Shown: one piece after another, positions 45,101-57,100 of the stretch
How positions within the stretch are numbered: position 1 is the first letter of the stretch
How the letters are laid out: each line of letters starts with the position of its first letter
Assembly (NCBI GenBank): GCA_964016885.1
Contig: OZ024740.1
Location: forward strand, 403,434,001 to 403,498,000
Length of the DNA stretch: 64,000 nucleotides
Origin: Eledone cirrhosa
Lineage: Eukaryota
Direction of reading: 5' to 3'
The notes under the pieces: model-generated
Seen by the model: the letters and a program-made list of their open reading frames with translations, nothing else
Database searches by the model: none
What the model was told of the DNA's origin: nothing
Made by a program: the position numbers and the translations under genes

Positions 45101-48100
45101 CAGGTAGATTAGTAGGCAGGTGGCTAGAGATGTAGGTAGATTAGTAGGCAGGTGGCTAGAGATGTAGGTATGTAGGTAGGCAGGTAGATTAGTAGGCAGG
45201 TGGCAAGAGATGTAGGTAGATTAGTAGGCAGGTGGCTAGAGATGTAGGTAGGCAGGTAGATTAGTAGGCAGGTGGTTAGTGATGTAGGTATGTAGGTGGG
45301 CAGGTAGATTAGTAGGCAGGTGGCTAGAGATGTAGGTATGTAGGTAGGCAGGTAGATTAGTAGGCAGGTGGCTAGAGATGTAGGTATGTAGGTAGGCAGG
45401 TAGATTAGTAGGCAGGTGGCTAGAGATGTAGGAAGGCAGGTAAATTAGTAGGCAGGTGGCTAGAGATGTAGGTATGTAGGTAGGCAGCTAGATTAGTAGG
45501 CAGGTGGCTAGAGATGTAGGTATGTAGGTAGGCAGGTAGATTAGTAGGCAGGTGGCTAGAGATGTAGGTAGGCAGGTAGATTAGTAGGCAGGTGGCTAGA
45601 GATGTAGGTATGTAGGTAGGCAGGTATGTTAGTAGACAGGTGGCCAGAGATGTAGGGATGTAGGTAGGCAGGTAGATTAGTAGGCAGGTGGCTAGAGATG
45701 TAGGTATAGGTAGATTAGTAGGCAGGTGGCTAGAGATGTAGGTATGTAGGTAGGCAGGTAGATTAGTAGAAAGGTGGCTAGAGATGTAGGTATGTAGGTA
45801 GGCAGGTAGATTAGTAGGCAGGTGGCTAGAGATGTAGGTATGTAGGTAGGCAGGTAGATTAGTAGGCAGGTGGCTACAGATGTAGGTATGTAGGTAGGCA
45901 GGTAGATTAGTAGACAGGTGGCAAGAGATGTAGGTATCTAGGTAGGCAGGTATGTTAGTAGGCAGGTGGCTAGAGATGTAGGTATGAAGTTAGGCAGGTA
46001 GATTAGTAGACAGGTGGCTAGAGATGTAGGTATGTAGGTAGGCAGGTAGAATAGTAGGCAGGTGGCTAGAGATGTAGGTATGTAGGTAGGCAGGTAGATT
46101 AGTAGGCGGGTGGCTAGAGATGTAGGTAGGCAGGTATGTTAGTAGGCAGGTGGCTAGAGATGTAGGTATGTAGGTAGGCAGGTAGATTAGTAGGCAGGTG
46201 GCAAGAGATGTAGGTATGTAGGTAGGCAGGTAGATTAGTAGGCACGTGGCAAGAGGTGTAGGAAGGCAGGCAGGTATGTTAGTAGGCAGGTAGCTAGAGA
46301 TGTAGGTAGGCAGGTGGTTAGAGATGTAGATAGGCAGGTAGATTAGTAGACAGGTGGCTAGAGATGTAGGTATGTACGTAAGCAGGTAAATTAGTAGGCA
46401 GGTGGCTAAAAATGTGTAGGTAGGCAGGTAGATATGTAGGCAGGTGGCTAGAGATGTAGGTGGGCAGGTAGATTAGTAGGCAAGATGTAGGTATGTAGGT
46501 AGGCAGGTAGATTAGTAGGCAGGTGGCTAGAGATGTAGGTAGGCAGGTATGTTAGTAGACAGGTGGCTAGAGATGTAGGTATGTAGGTAGGTAGATTAGT
46601 AGACAGGTGGCTAGAGATATAGGTAGGCAGGTACGTTAGTAGGCAGGTGGATAGAGATGTAGGTATGTAGGTAGGCAGGTATGTTAGTGGGCAGGTGGCT
46701 AGGTAGGCAGGTAGATTAGTAGACAGGTGGCTAGAGATGTAGGTAGCCAAATAGAATAGTAGGCAGGTGGCTAGAGATAATGGTATGTAGGTAGGCAGGT
46801 AGAATAGTAGGCAGGTGGCTAGAGATGTAGGTATGTAGGCAGGTAGATTAGTAGGCAGGTGGCTAGAGATGTAGGTATGTAGGTAGGAAGGTAGAATAGT
46901 AGGCAGGTGGCTAGAGATGTAGGTAGGCAGGTAGATTAGTAGACAGGTGGCTAGAGATGTAGGTATGTAGGTAGGCAGGTAGATTAGTAGGCAGGTGGCT
47001 AGATATGTAGGTATGTAGGTAGGCAGGTAGATTAGTAGGCAGGTGGCTAAAGATGTAGGTAGGCAGGTAGATTAGTAGACAGGTGTCTAGAGATGTAGGT
47101 ATGTAGGTAGGTAGAATAGTAGGCAGGTGGGAAGAGATGTAGAAAGGCAGGTAAATTAGTAGGCAGGTGGCTAGAGATGTAGGTAGGCAGGTAGATTAGT
47201 AGGCAGGTGGCTAGAGATGTAGGTATGTAGGTAGATTAGTAGACAAGTGGCTAGAGATGTAGGTATGTAGGTAGGCAGGTAGATTAGTAGGCAGGTGGCT
47301 AGAGATGTAGGTAGGCAGGTAGATTAGTAGGCAGGTGGCTAGAGATGTAGGTAGGCAGGTAGATTAGTAGACAAGTGGCTAGAGATGTAGGTATGTAGGT
47401 AGGCAGGTAGATTAGTAGGCAGGTGGCTAGAGATGTAGGTATGTAGGTAGGCAGGTAGATTAGTAGGCAGGTGGCTCGAGATGTAGGTATGTAGGTAGGC
47501 AGGTAGATTAGTAGGCAGGTGGCTAGAGATGTAGGTATGTAGGTAGGCACGTAGATTAGTAGGCAGGTGGCTAGAGATGTAGGTAGGCAGGTAGATTAGT
47601 AGACAGGTGGCAAGAGATGTAGGTATCTAGGTAGGCAGGTATGTTAGTAGGCAGGGGGCTAGAGATGTTGGTAGGCAGGTAGGCAGATAGAATAGTAGGC
47701 AGGTGGCTAGAGATGTAGGTATGTAGGTAGGCAGGTATGTTAGTAGGCAGGTGGCTAGAGATGTAGGTAGGCAGGTAGGCAGGTAGATTAGTAGACAGGT
47801 GGCTAGAGATGTAGGTATGTAGGTAGGCAGGTGGATTAGTAGGCAGGTGGCTAGAGATGTAGGTATGTAGGTAGGCAGTTAGATTAGTAGGCAGGTGGCT
47901 AGAGATGTACGTATGTATGTAGGCAGGTAGATTAGTAGGCAGGTAGCTAGAGATGTAGATAGGCAGGTAGATTAGTAGACAGGTGGTTAGAGATGTAGGT
48001 ATGTAGGTAGGCAGGTAGAATAGTAGGCAGGTGGCTAGAGATGTAGGAAGGCAGGTAAATTAGTAGGCAGGTGGCTAGAGATGTAGGTAGGCAGGTAGAT

Positions 48101-51100
48101 TAGTAGGCAGGTGGCTAGAGATGTAGGTATGTAGGTAGGCAGGTATGTTAGTAGGCAGGTGGCTAGAGATGTAGATAGGCAGGTAGATTAGTAGACAGGT
48201 GGCTAGAGATGTAGGTATGTAGGTAGGCAAGTAGATTAGTAAGCAGGTGGCTAGAGATATTGGTATGTAGGTAGGCAGGTACATTAGTAGTGAGGTGGCT
48301 AGAGATGTAGGTATAGGTAGATTAGTAGGCAGGTGGCTAGAGATGTAGGTATGTAGGTAGGCAGGTAGATTAGTAGACAGGTGGCTAGAGATGTAGGTAT
48401 GTAGGTAGGCAGGTGGCTAGGGATGTAGGTTGGCAGGTATATTAGTAGGCAGGTGGCTAGAGATGTAGGTGTGTAGGTAGGCAGGTAGATTAGTAGGCAG
48501 GTGGCTAGAGATGTAGGTATGTAGGTAGGCAGGTATGTTAGTAGACAGGTGGCCAGAGATGTAGGGATGTAGGTAGGCAGGTAGATTAGTAGGCAGGTGG
48601 CTCGAGATGTAGGTATGTAGGTTGGCAGGTAGATTAGTAGGCAGGTGACTAGAGATGTAGGTATGTAGGTAGGCAGGTAGATTAGTAGGCAGGTGGCTAG
48701 AGATGTAGGTATGCAGGTAGATTAGTAGGCAGGTGGCTAGAGATGTAGGTAGGCAGGTAGATTAGTAGGCAGGTGGCTAGAGATGTAGGAAGGCAGGTAA
48801 ATTAGTAGGCAGGTGGCTCGAGATGTAGGTATGTAGGTTGGCAGGTAGATTAGTAGGCAGGTGACTAGAGATGTAGGTATGTAGGTAGGCAGGTAGATTA
48901 GTAGGCAGGTGGCTAGAGATGTATGTAGGCAGGTAGATTAGTAGACAGGTGGCTAGAGATGTAGGTATGTAGGTAGGCAGGTGGCTAGAGATGTAGGTAT
49001 GTTTGTAGGCAGGTAGATTAGTAGGCAGGTGGCTAGAGATGTAGGTATGTAGGTAGGCAGGCATGTTAGTAGGCAGGTGGCCAGAGATGTTGGTACGTAG
49101 GTACGCAGGTAGATTAGTAGGCAGGTGGCTAGAGATGTAGGTAGGCAGGTAGATTAGTAGACAGGTGGCTAGAGATGTAGGTATCTAGGTAGGCAGGTAT
49201 GTTAGTAGGCAGGTGGCCAGAGATGTAGGTAGGCAGGTAGATTAGTAGGCAGGTGGCTAGGTATGTAGGTAGCAGGTATGTTAGTAGGCAGGTGGCTAGA
49301 GATGTAGGTATGTAGGTACGCAGGTAGATTAGTAGGCAGGTGGCTAGAGATGTAGGTAGGCAGGTAGATTAGTAGACAGGCGGCTAGAGATGTAGGTATG
49401 TAGGTAGGCAGTTATATTAGTAGGCAGGTGGCTAGAGATGTACATATATAGGTAGGCAGGTATGTTAGTAGGCAGGTGGCTAGAGATGTAGGTAGGCAGG
49501 TAGATTAGTAGGCAGGTGGCTAGGGATGTAGGTTGGCAGGTATATTAGTAGGCAGGTGGCTAGAGATGTAGGAAGGCAGGTAAATTAGTAGGCAGGTGGC
49601 TAGTGATGTAGGTATGTAGGTAGGCAGGTAGATTAGTAGGCAGGTGGCTAGAGATGTAGGTATGTAGGTAGATTAGTAGACAGGTGGCTAAAGATGTAGG
49701 TATGTAGGTTGGCAGGTAGATTAGTAGGCAGGTGGCTAGAGATGTAGGTATGTAGGTAGGTAGGTAGATTAGTAGGCAGGTGGCTAGAGATGTAGGAAGG
49801 CAGGTAAATTAGTAGGCAGGTGGCTAGAGAAGTAGGAAGGCAGGTAAATTAGTAGGCAGGTGGCTAGAGATGTAGGTATGTAGGTAGTCAGGTAGATTAG
49901 TAGGCAGGTGGCTAGAGATGTAGGTATGTAGGTAGGCAGCTAGATTAGTAGGCAGGTGGCTAGAGATGTAGGTATGTAGATAGGCAGGTAGATTAGTAGG
50001 CAGGTGGCTAGAGATGTAGGTATGTATGTAGTCAGGTAGATTAGTAGGCAGGTGGCTAGTGATGTAGGTATGTAGGTAGGCAGGTATGTTAGTAGACAGG
50101 TGGCTAGAGATGTAGGTATGTAGATAGGCAGGTAGATTAGTAGGCAGGTGGCTAGAGATGTAGGTATGTAGGTAGGCAGTTGGCTAGAGATGTAGGTATA
50201 GGTAGATTAGTAGGCAGGTGCCTAGAGATGTAGGTATTTAGGTAGGCAGGTAGATTAGTAGTCAGGTGGCTAGAGATGTAGGTATAGGTAGATTAGTAGG
50301 CAGGTGGCTCGAGATGTAGGAAGGCAGGTAGAATATTAGGCAGGTGGCTAGAGATGTAGGTATGTAGGTAGATTAGTAGACAGGTGGCTCTAGATGTAGG
50401 TAGGCAGGTAGATTAGTAGGCAGGTGGCTCGAGATGTAGGAAGGCAGGTAGAATAGTAGGCAGGTGGCTAGAGATGTAGGTATAGGTAGATTAGTAGGCA
50501 GGTGGCTCGAGATGTAGGTAGGCAGGTAGATTAGTAGGCAGGTGGCTAGAGATGTAGGTATGTAGGTAGGCACGTATGTTAGTAGGCAGGTGGCTAGTGA
50601 TGTAGGATGTAGGTAGGCAGGTAGATTAGTTGGCAGGTGGCTAGAGATGTAGGTAGGCAAGTAGATTAGTAGGCAGGTGGCTAGAGATGTATGTAGATTA
50701 GTAGACAGTTGGCTAGAGATGTAGGTATGTAGGTAGGCAGGTAGATTAGTAGGCAGGTGGCTAGAGATGTAGGTAGATTAGTAGGCAGGTGGCTAGAGAT
50801 GTAGGTATGTAGGTAGGCAGGTAGATTAGTAGGCAGGTGGCAAGAGATGTAGGTAGATTAGTAGGCAGGTGGCTAGAGATGTAGGTAGGCAGGTAGATTA
50901 GTAGGCAGGTGGTTAGTGATGTAGGTATGTAGGTGGGCAGGTAGATTAGTAGGCAGGTGGCTAGAGATGTAGGTATGTAGGTAGGCAGGTAGATTAGTAG
51001 GCAGGTGGCTAGAGATGTAGGTATGTAGGTAGGCAGGTAGATTAGTAGGCAGGTGGCTAGAGATGTAGGAAGGCAGGTAAATTAGTAGGCAGGTGGCTAG

Positions 51101-54100
51101 AGATGTAGGTATGTAGGTAGGCAGCTAGATTAGTAGGCAGGTGGCTAGAGATGTAGGTATGTAGGTAGGCAGGTAGATTAGTAGGCAGGTGGCTAGAGAT
51201 GTAGGTAGGCAGGTAGATTAGTAGGCAGGTGGCTAGAGATGTAGGTATGTAGGTAGGCAGTTGGCTAGAGATGTAGGTATAGGTAGATTAGTAGGCAGGT
51301 GCCTAGAGATGTAGGTATTTAGGTAGGCAGGTAGATTAGTAGGTAGGTGACTGGAGATGTAGGTATGTAGGTAGATTAGTAGGCAGGTGGCTAAATATGT
51401 AGGTATAGGTAGATTAGTAGGCAGGTGGCTCTATGTGTAGGTAGGCAGGTAGATTAGTAGGCAGGTGGCTAGAGATGTAGGTATGCAGGTAGATTAGTAG
51501 GCAGGTGGCTAGAGATGTAGGTATGTAGGTAGGCAGGTAGATTAGTAGGCAGGTGGCTAGAGATGTAGGTATGTAGGTAGGCAGGTAGATTAGTAGGCAT
51601 GTGGCTAAAAATGTAGATATGTAGGTAGGCAGGTAGATTAGTAGGCAGGTGGCTAGAGATGTAGGTAGGCAGTTATATTAGTAGGCAGGTGGCTAGAGAT
51701 GTAGGTATGTAGGTATGTAGGTAGATTAGTAGGCAGGTGGCTAGAGATGTAGGTATGTAGGTAGGCAGGTAGATTAGTAGGCAGGTGGCTAGAGATGTAG
51801 GTAGGCAGGTAGATTAGTCGGCAGGTGGCTAGAGATGTAGGTATGTAGGTAGGCAATGTAGATTATTAGGCAGGTGACTAGAGATGTAGGTAGGCAGGTG
51901 GCTAGTGATGTAGGATGTAGGTAGGCAGGTAGATTAGTTGGCAGGTGGCTAGAGATGTAGGTAGGCAAGTAGATTAGTAGGCAGGTGGCTAGAGATGTAT
52001 GTAGATTAGTAGACAGTTGGCTAGAGATGTAGGTATGTAGGTAGGCAGGTAGATTAGTAGGCAGGTGGCTAGAGATGTAGGTAGATTAGTAGGCAGGTGG
52101 CTAGAGATGTAGGTATGTAGGTAGGCAGGTAGATTAGTAGGCAGGTGGCAAGAGATGTAGGTAGATTAGTAGGCAGGTGGCTAGAGATGTAGGTAGGCAG
52201 GTAGATTAGTAGGCAGGTGGTTAGTGATGTAGGTATGTAGGTGGGCAGGTAGATTAGTAGGCAGGTGGCTAGAGATGTAGGTATGTAGGTAGGCAGGTAG
52301 ATTAGTAGGCAGGTGGCTAGAGATGTAGGTATGTAGGTAGGCAGGTAGATTAGTAGGCAGGTGGCTAGAGATGTAGGAAGGCAGGTAAATTAGTAGGCAG
52401 GTGGCTAGAGATGTAGGTATGTAGGTAGGCAGCTAGATTAGTAGGCAGGTGGCTAGAGATGTAGGTATGTAGGTAGGCAGGTAGATTAGTAGGCAGGTGG
52501 CTAGAGATGTAGGTAGGCAGGTAGATTAGTAGGCAGGTGGCTAGAGATGTAGGTATGTAGGTAGGCAGTTGGCTAGAGATGTAGGTATAGGTAGATTAGT
52601 AGGCAGGTGCCTAGAGATGTAGGTATTTAGGTAGGCAGGTAGATTAGTAGGTAGGTGACTGGAGATGTAGGTATGTAGGTAGATTAGTAGGCAGGTGGCT
52701 AAATATGTAGGTATAGGTAGATTAGTAGGCAGGTGGCTCTATGTGTAGGTAGGCAGGTAGATTAGTAGGCAGGTGGCTAGAGATGTAGGTATGCAGGTAG
52801 ATTAGTAGGCAGGTGGCTAGAGATGTAGGTATGTAGGTAGGCAGGTAGATTAGTAGGCAGGTGGCTAGAGATGTAGGTATGTAGGTAGGCAGGTAGATTA
52901 GTAGGCATGTGGCTAAAAATGTAGATATGTAGGTAGGCAGGTAGATTAGTAGGCAGGTGGCTAGAGATGTAGGTAGGCAGTTATATTAGTAGGCAGGTGG
53001 CTAGAGATGTAGGTATGTAGGTATGTAGGTAGATTAGTAGGCAGGTGGCTAGAGATGTAGGTATGTAGGTAGGCAGGTAGATTAGTAGGCAGGTGGCTAG
53101 AGATGTAGGTAGGCAGGTAGATTAGTCGGCAGGTGGCTAGAGATGTAGGTATGTAGGTAGGCAATGTAGATTATTAGGCAGGTGACTAGAGATGTAGGTA
53201 GGCAGGTAGATTAGTAGGCAGGTGGCTAGAGATGTAGGTATATAGGTAGGCAGGTAGATTATTAGGCAGGTAGCTAGAGATGTAGGTAGGCAGGTAGATT
53301 AGTAGGCAGGTGGCTAGAGATGTAGGTAGGCAGTTATATTAGTAGGCAGGTGGCTAGAGATGTAGGTATATAGGTAGGCAGTTATGTTAGTAGGCAGGTG
53401 GATAGAGATGTAGGTAGGCAGGTATATTAGTAGGCAGGTGGCTAGAGATGTAGGTATGTAGGTAGCAGGTATATTAGTAGGCAGGTGGCTAGAGATGTAG
53501 GTATGTAGGTAGGCAGGTAGATTAGTAGGCAGGGGGCTAGAGATGTAGGAAGGCAGGTAAATTAGTAGGCAGGTGGCTCGAGATGTAGGTATGTAGGTAG
53601 GCAGGTATGTTAGTTGGCAGGTGGCTAAAAATGTAGGTATGTAGGTAGGCAGGTAGATTAGTAGGCAGGTGGCTAAAGATGTAGGTATGTAGGTAGGCAG
53701 GTGGCTAGATATGTAGGTATGTATGTAGGCAGTTGGCTAGAGATGTAGGTATGTAGGTAGATTAGTAGGCAGGTGGCTAGAGATGTAGGTATGTAGGTAG
53801 GCAGGTAGATTAATAGACAGGTGGCTAGAGATGTAGGTAGGCAGGTAGATTAGTAGGCAGGTGGCTAGAGATGTAGGTATGTAGGTAGGCAATGTAGATT
53901 ATTAGGCAGGTGACTAGAGATGTAGGTAGGCAGGTAGATTAGTAGGCAGGAGGCTAGAGATGTAGGTATGTAGGTAGGCAGGTAGATTATTAGGCAGGTA
54001 GCTAGAGATGTAGGTAGGCAGGTAGATTAGTAGGCAGGCGGCTAGAGATGTAGGTAGGCATTTATATTAGTAGGCAGGTGGCTAGAGATGTAGGTATATA

Positions 54101-57100
54101 GGTAGGCAGGTATGTTAGTAGGCAGGTGGCTAGAGATGTAGGTAGGCAGGTAGATTAGTAGGCAGGTGGCTAGAGATGTAGGTAGGCAGGTAGATTAGTA
54201 GGCTGGTGGCTAGAGATGTAGGTATGTAGGTAGGCAGGTAGATTAGTAGGCAGGTGGCTAGAGATGTAGGTATGTAGGTAGGCAGGTAGATTAGTAGGCA
54301 GGTGGCTAGAGATGTAGGTAGGCAGGGCGATTAGTAGGCAGGTGGCTAGAGATGTAGGTATGTAGGTAGGCAGGTAGATTAGTAGGCATGTGGCTAAAAA
54401 TGTAGATATGTAGGTAGGCAGGTAGATTAGTAGGCAGGTGGCTAGAGATGTAGGTAGGCAGTTATATTAGTAGGCAGGTGGCTAGAGATGTAGGTATGTA
54501 GGTATGTAGGTAGATTAGTAGGCAGGTGGCTAGAGATGTAGGTATGTAGGTAGGCAGGTAGATTAGTAGGCAGGTGGCTAGAGATGTAGGTAGGCAGGTA
54601 GATTAGTCGGCAGGTGGCTAGAGATGTAGGTATGTAGGTAGGCAATGTAGATTATTAGGCAGGTGACTAGAGATGTAGGTAGGCAGGTAGATTAGTAGGC
54701 AGGTGGCTAGAGATGTAGGTATATAGGTAGGCAGGTAGATTATTAGGCAGGTAGCTAGAGATGTAGGTAGGCAGGTAGATTAGTAGGCAGGTGGCTAGAG
54801 ATGTAGGTAGGCAGTTATATTAGTAGGCAGGTGGCTAGAGATGTAGGTATATAGGTAGGCAGTTATGTTAGTAGGCAGGTGGATAGAGATGTAGGTAGGC
54901 AGGTATATTAGTAGGCAGGTGGCTAGAGATGTAGGTATGTAGGTAGCAGGTATATTAGTAGGCAGGTGGCTAGAGATGTAGGTATGTAGGTAGGCAGGTA
55001 GATTAGTAGGCAGGGGGCTAGAGATGTAGGAAGGCAGGTAAATTAGTAGGCAGGTGGCTCGAGATGTAGGTATGTAGGTAGGCAGGTATGTTAGTTGGCA
55101 GGTGGCTAAAAATGTAGGTATGTAGGTAGGCAGGTAGATTAGTAGGCAGGTGGCTAAAGATGTAGGTATGTAGGTAGGCAGGTGGCTAGATATGTAGGTA
55201 TGTATGTAGGCAGTTGGCTAGAGATGTAGGTATGTAGGTAGATTAGTAGGCAGGTGGCTAGAGATGTAGGTATGTAGGTAGGCAGGTAGATTAATAGACA
55301 GGTGGCTAGAGATGTAGGTAGGCAGGTAGATTAGTAGGCAGGTGGCTAGAGATGTAGGTATGTAGGTAGGCAATGTAGATTATTAGGCAGGTGACTAGAG
55401 ATGTAGGTAGGCAGGTAGATTAGTAGGCAGGAGGCTAGAGATGTAGGTATGTAGGTAGGCAGGTAGATTATTAGGCAGGTAGCTAGAGATGTAGGTAGGC
55501 AGGTAGATTAGTAGGCAGGCGGCTAGAGATGTAGGTAGGCATTTATATTAGTAGGCAGGTGGCTAGAGATGTAGGTATATAGGTAGGCAGGTATGTTAGT
55601 AGGCAGGTGGCTAGAGATGTAGGTAGGCAGGTAGATTAGTAGGCAGGTGGCTAGAGATGTAGGTAGGCAGGTAGATTAGTAGGCTGGTGGCTAGAGATGT
55701 AGGTATGTAGGTAGGCAGGTAGATTAGTAGGCAGGTGGCTAGAGATGTAGGTATGTAGGTAGGCAGGTAGATTAGTAGGCAGGTGGCTAGAGATGTAGGT
55801 AGGCAGGGCGATTAGTAGGCAGGTGGCTAGAGATGTAGGTATGTAGGTAGGCAGGTATGTTAGTAGGCAGGTGGCTAGAGATGTAGGTATGTACGTAGGC
55901 AGGTAGATTAGCAGGCAGGTGGCTAGAGATGTATGTATGTAGGTAGGCAGGTAGATTAGTAGGGAGGTGGCTAGAGATGTAGGTATGTAGGTAGGCATGT
56001 AGATTAGTAGGCAGGTGGCTAGAGATGTAGGTATGTAGGTAGGCAGGTAGATTAGTAGGCAGGTGGCTAGAGATGTAGGTATGTAGGTAGGTAGGTAGAT
56101 TAGTAGGCAGGTGGCTAGAGATGTAGGTAGGCAGGTAGATTAGTAGGCAGGTGGCTCGAGATGTAGGTATGTAGGTAGGCAGGTATGTTAGTTTACAGGT
56201 GGCTAAAAATGTAGGTATGTAGGTAGGCAGGTAGATTAGTAGGCAGGTGGCTAGAGATGTAGGTAGGCAGGTAGATTAGTAGGCAGGTGGCTATAGATGT
56301 AGGTATGTAGGTAGGCAGGTAGATTAATAGACAGGTGACTAGAGATGTAGGTAGGCAGGTAGATTAGTAGGCAGGTGGCTAGAGATGTAGGTATGTAGGT
56401 AGATTAGTAGGCAGGTGGCTAGAGATGTAGGTATGTAGGTAGGCAGGTATATTAGTAGGCAGGTGGCTAGAGATGTAGGTATGTAGGTAGGCAGGTATGT
56501 TAGTAGACAGGTGGCTCTAGATGTAGGTATGTAGGTAGGCAGGTAGATTAGTAGGCAGGTGGCTAGAGATGTAGGTATGTAGGTAGGCAGGTAGATTAGT
56601 AGGCAGGTGGCTAGAGATGTAGGTAGGCAGGTAGATTAGTAGGCAGGTTGCTAGAGATGTAGGTATGTAGGTAGGCAGGTATGTTAGTAGGCAGGTGGAT
56701 AGAGATGTAGGTAGGCAGGTAGATTAGTAGGCAGGTGGCTAGAGATGTAGGTATGTAGGTAGGCAGGTAGATTAATAGACAGGTGGCTAGAGATGTAGGT
56801 AGGCAGGTAGATTAGTAGGCAGGTGGCTAGAGATGTAGGTATGTAGGTAGGCAGGTAGATTATTAGGCAGGTAGCTAGAGATGTAGGTAGGCAGGTAGAT
56901 TAGTAGGCAGGTGGCTAGATTTGTAGGTATGTAGGTAGGCAATGTAGATTAGTAGGCAGGTGACTAGAGATGTAGGTAGGCAGGTGGCTAGAGATGTAGG
57001 TATGTAGGTAGGCAGGTAGATTAGTAGGCAGGTGGCTAGAGATGTAGGTAGGCAGGTAGATTAGTAGGCAGGTGGCTAGAGATGTAGGTATGTAGGTAGG